From an uncultured Aquabacterium sp. (GTDB taxonomy: Bacteria; Pseudomonadota; Gammaproteobacteria; Burkholderiales; Burkholderiaceae_C), in the NCBI GenBank assembly GCA_964618825.1, contig CAZUCW010000001.1, positions 9,543-73,542 on the forward strand: 64,000 nucleotides of DNA. Reading direction: 5' to 3'. The notes below the pieces were generated by a model that saw nothing but the letters and a program-made list of their open reading frames with translations, made no database searches and was not told where the DNA came from. The translations under genes and the position numbers were made by a program. Positions 16,902 to 26,919 of the stretch are shown here, piece after piece (within the stretch, counting starts at the first letter, position 1; each line of letters starts with the position of its first letter).

Positions 16902-18074
16902 ATGTTGATCGATTTTTTCTTCACGTTGCGCGCGGCAGGGCTGCCGGTGACGATTCCTGAATATCTGGGCCTGTTGCAGGCCTTGCGCGAGGGGCTGATC
17001 GGGCAGTCGATTGATGAGTTTTATCAGCTCTCGCGCATGATGCTGGTAAAAAACGAGGCGCACTTCGATAAGTTCGATCGCGCGTTTGGCGCCTACTTTA
17101 AAGGGGTTGAATCGCTGGCCGATCTCACGCGGGCGATTCCGCTCGATTGGCTGCGCAAGCGCCTCGAAAAACACCTCTCACCCGAAGAAAAAGCCCTCAT
17201 CGATAAGCTGGGTTGGGACGATCTCATGCAGCGTCTCAAGCAATTGCTCGAAGAGCAAAAAGAGCGTCACGAGGGCGGCAACAAATGGATCGGCACCGGC
17301 GGCACCTCGCCGTTTGGCGCGCACGGCTACAACCCGCAGGGCATCCGTATCGGGCAAGACCGTTCGCGTCACCGCAGCGCGGTCAAGGTGTGGGATGAAC
17401 GGCAGTTTCGTGATTACGACGACAGCGTTGAGCTGGGCACGCGCAACATCAAGGTGGCGCTGCGTCGGCTGCGCCGGTTTGCCCGCGAGGGGGCGCACGA
17501 AGAGCTCGATCTCGATGACACCATTCACAGCACGGCGGCCAACGCGGGGCTGCTCGACATCAAGATGGTGCCTGAGCGCCATAACAACGTGAAGGTGTTG
17601 CTGCTCATGGATGTGGGCGGCACGATGGACGATCACATTCACCGCGTTGAAGAGCTGTTTTCGGCGGCCAAGAGCGAGTTCAAGCACCTTGAGTTTTATT
17701 ACTTCCACAACTGCGTCTACGACTTCGTCTGGAAGCACAACTTGCGGCGCGGCAGCGAGCGGATCTCGACCCTTGATCTGATTCGCAAGTACAACAAAGA
17801 TTACAAGCTCATTTTTGTGGGTGATGCCACCATGAGCCCTTATGAAGTGCTGCAACCTGGCGGCAGCTCTGAATACAACAACCAAGAGGCCGGCGCGGTG
17901 TGGCTGCAGCGGCTCACGCATGCCTTTCCCAAATTTGTCTGGATCAACCCTGAGCCGCAGGGCGTGTGGGGTTATCGGCAAAGCATCAGCATCATTCAAG
18001 ATCTGATGAACCAGCGCATGTTTGCGCTCAACGTGAGCGGGCTCGAATCCGCCATGCGGCTGTTGAGCAAGTAG
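16902..18074 (+). CDS. VWA domain protein (CoxE-like MoxR partner)
   Basis: HEGGNKWIGTGGTSPFG, LLMDVGGTMD MIDAS-like motif, YFHNC, FVGDATMSPYE. Confidence 0.88.
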   Translation: MLIDFFFTLRAAGLPVTIPEYLGLLQALREGLIGQSIDEFYQLSRMMLVKNEAHFDKFDRAFGAYFKGVESLADLTRAIPLDWLRKRLEKHLSPEEKALIDKLGWDDLMQRLKQLLEEQKERHEGGNKWIGTGGTSPFGAHGYNPQGIRIGQDRSRHRSAVKVWDERQFRDYDDSVELGTRNIKVALRRLRRFAREGAHEELDLDDTIHSTAANAGLLDIKMVPERHNNVKVLLLMDVGGTMDDHIHRVEELFSAAKSEFKHLEFYYFHNCVYDFVWKHNLRRGSERISTLDLIRKYNKDYKLIFVGDATMSPYEVLQPGGSSEYNNQEAGAVWLQRLTHAFPKFVWINPEPQGVWGYRQSISIIQDLMNQRMFALNVSGLESAMRLLSK

Positions 18075-19969
18075 TGCGTGGGGCGGGGCGCGTGATCATC
18101 TTGGGGGGGATTCGGCTGGCGTGGGGCGGGGCGCTGGCCGCGTGGTTGCTGGCGGGTTCGCATGCGGCGGCACAGCCGCAACAGGATGCGGTTTCGGGCG
18201 AGCGCCGAGCCGTGGCTCGCTGGCGGGTTGAGATCGAGGCTCCCGATACTCTCAAGGGGCTGCTGCTCAATCACCTTGAGGTGTCGCGCTACCGCGAGCA
18301 GGTGCTGGTGGGGGGCTTGGGGCAAGAGCCTGCTGGGGGTGCGGCTGCATCGATCACCGCCGGCGAGCTGCGGCGCCTGGTGGCCAACGTGCCCGAGCAA
18401 ACGCGGCAATTGCTGGCCACCGAAGGGTATTTTTCGCCTCAGGTGCATGCAGCTTTTGAGCCGGCAGTGGGGCCGGATGCTGAGGCGGTGGTGGCCGTGC
18501 GCGTCGAGCCCGGGCCGCAAACCGTGGTGCGTTCGCTGGCGCTGCGCTATCAGGGCGAGCTGGATCAGCGTGTTGAGGCGCACGATCTGGCGGCGCAGGC
18601 GCTGGTGTCGCAGATCGCGTCGCGCTGGGCTTTGCCGGTGGGGCGAGCGTTTACGCAAAGCACTTGGGCTTCGGCCAAATCAACGGCATTGAGCACGCTG
18701 CGTGCGCAGGGGTATGTGTCGGCGAGCTGGAGCGGCACCTCGGCGCGCATCGATGCTCAAGCGCCCGCTGTCGATCTGTTTTTGATGGCCGACAGCGGCC
18801 CGCTGTATCGGTTTGGCCCGCTCATCATCGAAGGGCTCGATCGCGTGCCGCCCGAGGCCGTGCGCCATCTGTGGGACGCTGAAGAAGGCACCCCCTACAC
18901 CGACAAGCAGCTGTTTGATTTTCAAGAGCGGCTGCGCAAGGTGGGCCTGTTTGCCGGGGTGTCGGCCACGGTCGATCCCAACCCCGATGTGGCGGGCGCG
19001 GTGCCGGTGCTCGTGAGGCTTAAAGAACAGCCAATGCAGCAATCAACCTTTGGTGTGGGCTACAGCGCCAACACGGGCGCACGGGTGTCGCTCGAGCAGG
19101 TGAGCCGCAGGGTGTTTGATTTCGAGTGGCAGGCCAAAACGGTGCTCGAGCTGGGGGCGCAGCAAAGCACGTTCAAAACCGATTTCACCTCGTATCCCTT
19201 GCCCGATCTGCGCCACAACCTGCTCTCGGCGGCCATCGACCATCTTGAGGCTGCGGGCGCATCAACGCACAGCCAAAGCCTCAAGGCAGGCCGCAGCCGC
19301 GAAGAAGAACGCCTCGACCGCACCTGGTATCTGGCGTGGCAACGGGCGCGTGTGATGGGCGACGGCAGCTCGACCGAAGCCTCTGCGGTGTCGGCCAACC
19401 TGCTGTGGGTGAGGCGTGCGCTCGACAGTGTGATGGCGCCCACTCGGGGGTTTGCCACCTCGTTTGAGGCCGGGTTGGGGCAGTCGTTTGCCACGGATCA
19501 GCGCAATGGCCCGTTTGCGAGGTTGCTGTGGCGCAACGTGGCCTATCTGCCCTTGCCGGCGGGCTGGCAGACGAGCGGCCGCATTGATGTGGGCCGGGTG
19601 CAATCGCGCCCCGGAGTGGGGGTGCCCGATACGCTGTTGTTTCGCACCGGCGGCGACGACACCGTGCGCGGTTACGCCTATCGCGCCCTTGGCCCCACGA
19701 GAGATGGTGTGGCGGTGGGCGCGCGCTCAATGGTGGCAGGCAGCGTTGAATTGGCGCGCCCGATTTGGGCGCATCGCCCGGCTTGGCTGTGGGCGGTGTT
19801 TTTTGATGCAGGCGATGCCGCCGACGATGTGCGCGATCTGCAGCTCAAAACCGGCTATGGCGTGGGCGTGCGCTGGCGCAGCCCGGTGGGATCGCTGCGT
19901 ATCGATCTGGCCCATGGGCAGCATGTGCACGAAACCCGGTTGCACCTGAGCCTGGGCATGGCGTTTTGA
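18074..19969 (+). CDS. tamA: autotransporter assembly complex outer-membrane protein TamA
   Basis: POTRA-like N-terminal part, FRTGGDDTVRGY, GYGVGVRWRSPVGSLRIDLA, terminal Phe; adjacent to a TamB-like gene. Start uncertain (18074/18092). Confidence 0.85.
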   Translation: MRGAGRVIILGGIRLAWGGALAAWLLAGSHAAAQPQQDAVSGERRAVARWRVEIEAPDTLKGLLLNHLEVSRYREQVLVGGLGQEPAGGAAASITAGELRRLVANVPEQTRQLLATEGYFSPQVHAAFEPAVGPDAEAVVAVRVEPGPQTVVRSLALRYQGELDQRVEAHDLAAQALVSQIASRWALPVGRAFTQSTWASAKSTALSTLRAQGYVSASWSGTSARIDAQAPAVDLFLMADSGPLYRFGPLIIEGLDRVPPEAVRHLWDAEEGTPYTDKQLFDFQERLRKVGLFAGVSATVDPNPDVAGAVPVLVRLKEQPMQQSTFGVGYSANTGARVSLEQVSRRVFDFEWQAKTVLELGAQQSTFKTDFTSYPLPDLRHNLLSAAIDHLEAAGASTHSQSLKAGRSREEERLDRTWYLAWQRARVMGDGSSTEASAVSANLLWVRRALDSVMAPTRGFATSFEAGLGQSFATDQRNGPFARLLWRNVAYLPLPAGWQTSGRIDVGRVQSRPGVGVPDTLLFRTGGDDTVRGYAYRALGPTRDGVAVGARSMVAGSVELARPIWAHRPAWLWAVFFDAGDAADDVRDLQLKTGYGVGVRWRSPVGSLRIDLAHGQHVHETRLHLSLGMAF

Positions 19970-22900
19970 TGATGGACGAGCCAGCCGCTCCCGCAGCCAG
20001 CGCCGCAACAGGGCTGGCCCGCGTGCGCCGTTGGGGGTGGCGTGTGGTGCGCGTGCCTATGGTGGGCCTCACGGTGCTGGCCGGTGTGTTGGCCGCGCTG
20101 CTGTTATTGGCGACGCTACCTGTGGGCACGCGCATGCTGTTGGGGGCGGTGCCGGGGCTGCAGGTGGTGCAGCCACAAGGATCGCTGTGGCGAAGTTTCA
20201 GGGCGCAGCGCGTTGAGTTTGCGCTGGCCGGGTTGCCGCATGTGGTGTTTGATGATCTGGCTTGGCTGGGTTTTGAGTTTGAGCGCGTGCCTACAGCCTC
20301 AAGCGGTTGGGGCGTGGCGCTCAAGACACTGAGCGCGCGGCGCGTGGTGATCGATCTGCCCGCGCAGGCACCACGTAGCGCACCGCTGGCGCCACCGGTT
20401 TCGCTGGCCCTGCCTCTGGGGGTGCGCGTAGGGCAATTGCGTATCGATGCTTTGCAGCTCTCTGCGTTGGGGGCAGAGCCGGTGCGCGATCTGCGTGCGA
20501 GTGTGGCGCTGCAGCATTCAGACAACGCCGGTGCTGTCGGCAGGGCGTTGGGTGCGCATCGTCTGGAGGGGCTTGCACTGCGCTGGCAGCAGTGGTCGAT
20601 CGAAGGCGCGGCCCGCGTTGTTGCGGCGCGGCCTTTTACGCTGCAGGCCGATGTGGCTGTGAGTGCGGCGGCAGGCGGTGCGGCGCGGCTGTCGGTGTCG
20701 GGCACGTTGACGCAGCTGGCCGTGCAGGCTCGTGTCGATGCACACGGCCAGCATGTGCAGGCCACGGCAGAGATCCACCCTTTTGCTCCTTGGCCCGTGA
20801 GCCGGCTGCAGGCCAGCGCCCAGGCTCTGGATTTGGCAGCGCTCGATGCACGCGCCCCGCGCACACGGCTCAGTGGGCAGGTGCAGGTGTTGCCTGAGCG
20901 CCGGGCCGAGGTGTCGCCCTCGCCGACATCAAAGCCGACACCATCGGGCGCCACGCCCACAGCGCGCCTGCCCCAAGAGACGATGCTCGTGATCAGCGGT
21001 GCGTGGCGCAACGAGGGTGCGGGCCGGTGGGATCAGGGGCGCTTGCCGGTGCGTGCGCTGCAGTTTCAGGCCCGGCTGGCCGCCAGCGATGGACGTGTGG
21101 GTGCGTTGCAGCGGGTTCATATCGAGCTGGGCACCGAGGCGGCTGCAGCGGGGCGCGTGCAGGCGCAGGGGCAATGGCAGGTGCGGCAATCCACGATGCA
21201 GCCCATGCCGCTCGCAAGCGGCGCCACGGCGCCCGGCTGGCAACTGTTGTTGGCGCTCGATCAACTGCAGCCCGCGCTGCTCGATGCTGGCGCACCAGCG
21301 ATGCGTGTCAGTGGCCCGCTGCAGTTGCGCGGCCAAACGCTGTCGTGGGCGCCGCTGCAGGTGTCGGCAAATCTGGCCGGGCAGCTCGATGCAACACAGG
21401 CGAGGCCACGCGAGGGGCATGAAGTGCGCGTCAAACTTGCAGCCGATCTGGCGCCACGCGAAGTGCGTGTGCAGACCCTGCAAGCGCAGGCTGGCGCGGC
21501 AATGCTGTCGGCGCAGGGGCAGGCCGTTGATGCCGGCGGGGGCACGTGGCGCTTGCGGGCCGGCGGGCAGTGGTCGCGCTTCGATCCAGCCGTGTGGTGG
21601 CCGGCGCTTGCGGCGGGCGATGGTGCCAGCGATTTGCAAGGCCGGCTCGATGCCGATCTCACCTGGCACACCCGCGCAGCCGCATCGGGCGCCACAGGCG
21701 ATGCCCTGGCCGATATGCTGTCTCGCGTGCAGGGGCAGGCCAACGCGGCGATCGAGCGCAGCACGTTGCTGGGCGTGCCGTTGTCGGCCCGGCTGAATCT
21801 GAGCAGCGCAGCAGGTTCATCGCTCACATCACTTGATGCCATGCTGCATCTGGCCGACAACCAACTCACCGTGCAAGGGCAGGTGGATGCGGCAGTATCT
21901 GCGCGTGATCGCTGGAGCCTCGCCCTCGATGCGCGTGAGCTGGCCGCACTGGCCCCGCTGGCGCGCCGGTTTGGGCTCGATACGCTGCGTGGCCGCATGC
22001 AGGCCCAGGCCCAGGCCCACGGACGCTGGCCGCATCTGAGCACCCAAGGGCAGTGGCAGGCCAGCGCAATCGACCTCACGATGCGGCCTCTCAGCGCAAA
22101 CAGCAGCACATCAACGCCGCATCGGTTGGCCTTGCAGCAGGGCAGCGCACAGTGGCAGTGGGGGGCCGTTGCCACCGAGGCCACGGCCCCGATGCAAACC
22201 ACGCTGGCGCTTCAAGGTGCTGTGCTTGATGCATGGCAGATCGAGCGTTTGCAAGCGCGCACCCAAGGCAACGCAGCCCACCACCAGGCCAGCCTTGGCA
22301 TCAATGCGCTGCTGCCCCCCGCGCTCGCCCAGGCACTGCAAGGCACCTTGCAGCGCCGTGACGCCCAGGCGCCGCTCAGGCTGTCGGCCCACCTTGCACT
22401 CGACGGCCAATTTGGGGGGCAGCCCGCAGCGCAAAAAAACACCCCGTGGCGCGCGCGCTGGCAGCAGTTTGAGCTGGGCCCCGATACGCAAAGCATGGCC
22501 GGATCTCCCCTGGGCACGCAACCCTGGCTGCGCATCGAGCCCTTCGATTTGAGCTGGGATCAGGCCGAGGCACGCACCCACTGGCGCGCATCGGCCACGC
22601 GATTGAGCCTGCTGGGCGCCCAACTCGCGCTGGCACCAACACAGCTCAGCCACGGCGATGCGCGGCCCGCATCCATCGAGCTCAATGCGCGCCTTGAGCC
22701 CATTCGTCTGGCCAGCGTGCTCGCGCTGCTACAGCCGCACACGGGCTGGGGCGGCGATCTGCTGGTGGGCGGATTTGTGCGCTGCCGGCGAGGCGACGGA
22801 GCCTCGCCCCCCCTTGAGCTCGATGCCGAAATCGCTCGCCAAAGCGGCGATCTCACGCTCACCGATGCTGCGGTTGAAGGCGGTGCAGTGCAGCCGCTCA

Positions 22901-24372
22901 GGCTGCAGGCCTTGCGCTTGGGCGTGTCGGCGCATCAAGGGGTGTGGCGCCTGCAACAACAGCTTGCAGGCGGGCGCATCGGCACGCTGCAGGCCGATCT
23001 CGGCACACACACCGATGCCCAAGCGTGGTGGCCGGGCGCGCAAGATCCGCTCGATGGCCGCATCGATGCCAACGTCTCCAACCTTCGCTTGTGGGGCCTG
23101 TGGGTGCCGGCTGGCTGGCGTTTGTCGGGCCAGATGCAAGGGCACCTCGATCTCAAGGGCGTGTGGGGGCAACCCATTGTCAGTGGCGGCATCACCGGGC
23201 AACAGCTGGGCGTGCGCAACCTGCTAGAAGGCGTTGATTTTGAACGCGGCGAACTCGATCTGGCACTCGATGGCACCCAAGCCCGGCTCAACCGCTTGAT
23301 CCTGCACGCCGGGCCTGGCGAGCTCATGCTCACAGGCCAGGCGCGGCTTGATGCCCAGCCCGAAGCCCTGCTGCAACTGAGCCTGCAGCGCTTTGCGGTG
23401 CTGCAGCGCATCGACCGCCGCCTGCTGCTCAGTGGCCACACCGAACTCGGCCTGCAAGCCGACAGCCTCTGGGCGCGCGGCGCCATCAACGTCGACGAAG
23501 GGTTGTTCGACATCAGCCGCGCTGGCGCCCCCACGCTCGACGACGACGTGCGCCGCGCCGGCATCGACGATCAACTCAGCGACGATGCGCCGGCTGCCAC
23601 CGCCAGCCGCTGGCGCAAGGCCCTGCTCGACATCGCCATCGATCTCGGCTCGCAACTGCGTTTGCGCGGCTACGGGCTCGACACCGCGCTCACTGGCCAA
23701 CTCAAGCTCAGCCACCATCCCACCCGCTACAAACCGCAACTGCACGGCACCGTGCGCACCCACAACGGCACCTTTGCTGCTTATGGCCAAAAACTCGTTA
23801 TTGATCGCGGCCTGATCCGCTTCAATGGCGTGATCGACAACCCAGGCCTGGATATCGAAGCCACACGGCCGCCCACGCGCATGGCATCGAGCGCCAGCCT
23901 TACCGCCACCACAGCCGACAGCGATGTGCGCGTGGGCGTGGCCATCACCGGCACGGCGCAAAACCCGCGCATCCGGCTGTTTTCTGAGCCCGAAATGTCA
24001 GAAACCGACAAACTCTCGTGGCTGATTCTGGGCCACGCATCGGGCGGGCTTGCGGGGGCCGACATCGCCTTGCTGCAGGGCGCGGCCAGCGCATTGATGG
24101 GGGGCGACACCAGCAGCCTCGGGCAAGGCTTGTTTCAGTCGATCGGGCTCGATGAAATGAGCGTGCGCCAAAACGATGGCAGCTCAGGCGACACGGTTGT
24201 TACCGTGGGCAAGCAATTGTCCAGACGCTGGTATCTCGGCTACGAACGCAGCCTCAACGCCACCGCCGGCACCTGGCAGCTCATATATCGTCTGGCGCAG
24301 CGTTTTACAGTGCGTGCGCAAACGGGGCTCGACAACTCACTCGATTTGATCTGGGTGTGGCGCTGGGATTGA
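19966..24372 (+). CDS. tamB: translocation/assembly module TamB (DUF490/AsmA-like)
   Basis: N-terminal TM anchor, long beta-rich body, C-terminal YGQKL.I.RG.I.F.G...NP.LDI.A.R...LFSEP.MS....LSWL.LG and VGKQLS.RWY.GYE. Confidence 0.88.
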   Translation: MMMDEPAAPAASAATGLARVRRWGWRVVRVPMVGLTVLAGVLAALLLLATLPVGTRMLLGAVPGLQVVQPQGSLWRSFRAQRVEFALAGLPHVVFDDLAWLGFEFERVPTASSGWGVALKTLSARRVVIDLPAQAPRSAPLAPPVSLALPLGVRVGQLRIDALQLSALGAEPVRDLRASVALQHSDNAGAVGRALGAHRLEGLALRWQQWSIEGAARVVAARPFTLQADVAVSAAAGGAARLSVSGTLTQLAVQARVDAHGQHVQATAEIHPFAPWPVSRLQASAQALDLAALDARAPRTRLSGQVQVLPERRAEVSPSPTSKPTPSGATPTARLPQETMLVISGAWRNEGAGRWDQGRLPVRALQFQARLAASDGRVGALQRVHIELGTEAAAAGRVQAQGQWQVRQSTMQPMPLASGATAPGWQLLLALDQLQPALLDAGAPAMRVSGPLQLRGQTLSWAPLQVSANLAGQLDATQARPREGHEVRVKLAADLAPREVRVQTLQAQAGAAMLSAQGQAVDAGGGTWRLRAGGQWSRFDPAVWWPALAAGDGASDLQGRLDADLTWHTRAAASGATGDALADMLSRVQGQANAAIERSTLLGVPLSARLNLSSAAGSSLTSLDAMLHLADNQLTVQGQVDAAVSARDRWSLALDARELAALAPLARRFGLDTLRGRMQAQAQAHGRWPHLSTQGQWQASAIDLTMRPLSANSSTSTPHRLALQQGSAQWQWGAVATEATAPMQTTLALQGAVLDAWQIERLQARTQGNAAHHQASLGINALLPPALAQALQGTLQRRDAQAPLRLSAHLALDGQFGGQPAAQKNTPWRARWQQFELGPDTQSMAGSPLGTQPWLRIEPFDLSWDQAEARTHWRASATRLSLLGAQLALAPTQLSHGDARPASIELNARLEPIRLASVLALLQPHTGWGGDLLVGGFVRCRRGDGASPPLELDAEIARQSGDLTLTDAAVEGGAVQPLRLQALRLGVSAHQGVWRLQQQLAGGRIGTLQADLGTHTDAQAWWPGAQDPLDGRIDANVSNLRLWGLWVPAGWRLSGQMQGHLDLKGVWGQPIVSGGITGQQLGVRNLLEGVDFERGELDLALDGTQARLNRLILHAGPGELMLTGQARLDAQPEALLQLSLQRFAVLQRIDRRLLLSGHTELGLQADSLWARGAINVDEGLFDISRAGAPTLDDDVRRAGIDDQLSDDAPAATASRWRKALLDIAIDLGSQLRLRGYGLDTALTGQLKLSHHPTRYKPQLHGTVRTHNGTFAAYGQKLVIDRGLIRFNGVIDNPGLDIEATRPPTRMASSASLTATTADSDVRVGVAITGTAQNPRIRLFSEPEMSETDKLSWLILGHASGGLAGADIALLQGAASALMGGDTSSLGQGLFQSIGLDEMSVRQNDGSSGDTVVTVGKQLSRRWYLGYERSLNATAGTWQLIYRLAQRFTVRAQTGLDNSLDLIWVWRWD

Positions 24373-24390
24373 TGCTGAACGCGAGCAGTA

Positions 24391-25083
24391 TCAACGCCGT
24401 CGATACTGTTCGCCACCCCACAACGCCTCGCGTGCGCGGTCGGTATTGAGAGGCTCGCGCAAATCGGTCAGCACCTCAACACCGCGCTGCACCGCTGGCC
24501 GCGCGGCAATTTCGTCAAACCAGCCCTTGAGGTGCGGATAGTCGGCCCAATCGATACCCTGGTTTTTCCAGGATCGCAGCCACGGAAACACCGCCATATC
24601 GGCAATCGTGTAATCGTTGCCAGCCAGATATCTCGATTGCGCCAGCCGCCGATCCATCACCCCATACAACCGCTTGGCTTCGTTGGTGTAGCGATCGATG
24701 GCGTAATCGATTTTTTTGGGGGCATAAATTCTGAAATGGTGTGCCTGCCCGAGCATTGGCCCCACGCTGGCCATTTGAAACATCAGCCATTGCAGCACTT
24801 CGTATTTGCCGCGCGTGCTCTCGGGTAAAAATTTTCCGGTCTTGCCGGCCAGATATAACAGGATCGCGCCCGATTCAAAAAGCGAAATAGGCTGCCCATC
24901 GGGGCCATCGGGATCAACAATGGCTGGCACCTTGTTATTCGGGCTGATCGCCAGAAACTCAGGGGCGAATTGTTCACCCCTGCCAATATTTACCGGAATC
25001 GCTCGATAAGCAAGGTTGCACTCCTCCATCATGATGTGAACCTTGTGCCCATTGGGCGTTGCCCAGGAATACACTTCAATCAT
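24391..25083 (-). CDS. glutathione S-transferase family protein (YfcG-like)
   Basis: MIEVYSWATPNGHKVH, ISPNNKVPAIVD, LFESGAILLYLA, WLMFQMASVGPMLGQAHHF. Confidence 0.92.
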   Translation of the reverse strand: MIEVYSWATPNGHKVHIMMEECNLAYRAIPVNIGRGEQFAPEFLAISPNNKVPAIVDPDGPDGQPISLFESGAILLYLAGKTGKFLPESTRGKYEVLQWLMFQMASVGPMLGQAHHFRIYAPKKIDYAIDRYTNEAKRLYGVMDRRLAQSRYLAGNDYTIADMAVFPWLRSWKNQGIDWADYPHLKGWFDEIAARPAVQRGVEVLTDLREPLNTDRAREALWGGEQYRRR

Positions 25084-25155
25084 CTTTTCCGCCTCGTGGA
25101 TTAGGGTGTTTGTTGTGTAGGTGATGGGGCGGACTCTAGACCAAGACGGTGCATC

Positions 25156-25941
25156 ATGCTTGGCAATCTCAAACGCTGGATGTCCGGCCCACCCGTGCCC
25201 GCCGATGCGCGCGGCCTGTCGAACTGGGCACAGCAGCACAACCAAGTTTTCAAAACCGTGCGCGATGAGCGCGGAGGCGTCGTCGAGTGCGATGCCGACG
25301 GGCGCCAATGGCGCATTGAGTGGGGCGAGCCGCAACGGCGCTATATCGCCACATCTGAGCTGCGGCTACGCGAAGAGCTGGGGCTGTCGCCCGATTTCCA
25401 GATGCTCGTGATATCGCGCACGCTGGCCGAAAAACTCGAAGCCGATGTTTTCGAGCGCTTCACCGAGGCCATGCAAACGCAGATCGATCACAACATGCCC
25501 GAAGAAATGCGCTGGTTGGCCATGCTGCCCAAGGTGGGCCTCAGCGCGTTCAAGCCTTTGCGTCAACGTTTGCTCGTGCTCAGCAGCATGGCTCCGGTTG
25601 CCGAGGGCTGGCTGCAAGGCGAAGTGGCTCAGGCGCTTGAAGCCGCTTTGGGCGGCCTGCTCGCTGGTGATCCGCCCTTTGTGCTGATGGTGTTGCGCGG
25701 CCGGCTCTATTTGCGCATGGAGGCCGAAACCCTCGACGAAACCCTTCTTGATGCGGCCAACGTGTTGTTTGGCGTGGCCAGCAGCAAGGCGCGGGCGCTG
25801 GCTGATATCGTTACCGAGGGGGGTGATGCCGGGCCCAATTCGAGCACGTGGTCGAGCACCTCATCGACCACAGCGTGGCAGTCGCACAGTTCGATGCTGG
25901 AGCCAGATACCGACGCTGCATCGCGCACCGATCGCCGATAG
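25156..25941 (+). CDS. hypothetical protein
   Basis: 261-aa ORF with host-like codon usage filling the gap; no motif recognised. Confidence 0.7.
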   Translation: MLGNLKRWMSGPPVPADARGLSNWAQQHNQVFKTVRDERGGVVECDADGRQWRIEWGEPQRRYIATSELRLREELGLSPDFQMLVISRTLAEKLEADVFERFTEAMQTQIDHNMPEEMRWLAMLPKVGLSAFKPLRQRLLVLSSMAPVAEGWLQGEVAQALEAALGGLLAGDPPFVLMVLRGRLYLRMEAETLDETLLDAANVLFGVASSKARALADIVTEGGDAGPNSSTWSSTSSTTAWQSHSSMLEPDTDAASRTDRR

Positions 25942-25958
25942 CCGCTTTTCAACCGCGG

Positions 25959-26753
25959 CTATTCAACAAAGCGCGGCGCGCGCTGTTCGAGCCAGGCGTG
26001 CAGGCCTTCGCCAGCGTGGGGCTGCCCGAGGTTGTTGATCAGGTGATCGCGCTCGCAGTTGAGGTGCGCGCGTAGCGTTGCGCCGTGTGCCTGGTTGATC
26101 AGCTCTTTGAGGCTGCCCAGCATAGGCGCTGGCAGCGCAGCCAGTTGTTCGGCCCGTTGCAGCGCCAGCGCCAAGGCCTCGCCCGGCGCGCTCAGGCGGT
26201 CGATCCAACCCAGGGTGTGCAGCTCGTGCGCCGATAGCGATTCGCCCAGCCACAGCAGCCGTTGCACGCGCGGGCGCGGCAAGGTTTGCAACACATGCCA
26301 GAGGGCTCCGCCCGTGGGTGTGAGCCCCATGAGGCTCTGCGGCAGTGAGAAACAGGCGTTGTCAGCCGCAACCAGCAAATCGCAAGCCAGCGCCAGTGCG
26401 CAGCCACTGCCACGGGCGTGGCCTTCAACCGCAGCAATCACCGGTTTGGCAAACGTGCGCAAGGCTTCGATCCAATCGTGAAAACGCTCGATCTGGCGTG
26501 CCTGCACGGCTGGCCCGGTGTCTGCGCCGGTGTGTCGCTGGGCGGCAAGCTGGCGGATGTCGTCGCCGGCGCAAAACTGCCGATCAGCACCGGTGAGGAT
26601 CACGCAGCGCAGCGCAGGGTCGGATTCGGCCACCGCCAGCGCCTCAATGCCCGCATCAATCACCTGGTTTGACAACGTGTTGCCCAGCGCCGGGTGGCTG
26701 AGGGTGAGGATCAGTGTGGTGCCGCGCCGCTCGGCGCGCAATTCGGCGGTCAT
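25959..26753 (-). CDS. enoyl-CoA hydratase/isomerase (crotonase) family protein
   Basis: VILTGADRQFCAGDD, KPVIAAVEGHARGSGCALALACDLLVAA, GLTPTGG. Confidence 0.88.
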   Translation of the reverse strand: MTAELRAERRGTTLILTLSHPALGNTLSNQVIDAGIEALAVAESDPALRCVILTGADRQFCAGDDIRQLAAQRHTGADTGPAVQARQIERFHDWIEALRTFAKPVIAAVEGHARGSGCALALACDLLVAADNACFSLPQSLMGLTPTGGALWHVLQTLPRPRVQRLLWLGESLSAHELHTLGWIDRLSAPGEALALALQRAEQLAALPAPMLGSLKELINQAHGATLRAHLNCERDHLINNLGQPHAGEGLHAWLEQRAPRFVE

Positions 26754-26919
26754 TAAAAACACTCCATATAGGTATATGCCCGAAGGGATTTTGTCATGGC
26801 GAATTCGCCCTCATATTCCGCTGAACATGCGGTCGACACTTCATGCTAGAGTCATTCGCCAATAGGCCAACAAGTGTGTTTGCAAGGCGAATTTCTCTTC
26901 TATTGGGTCGATAAAAATC

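Noticed and set aside
26888-26914. GTCGATAA sigma-28-like -10 before the FimV-like gene
   Set aside because: No properly spaced -35, and it lies only 5 nt from the ATG.
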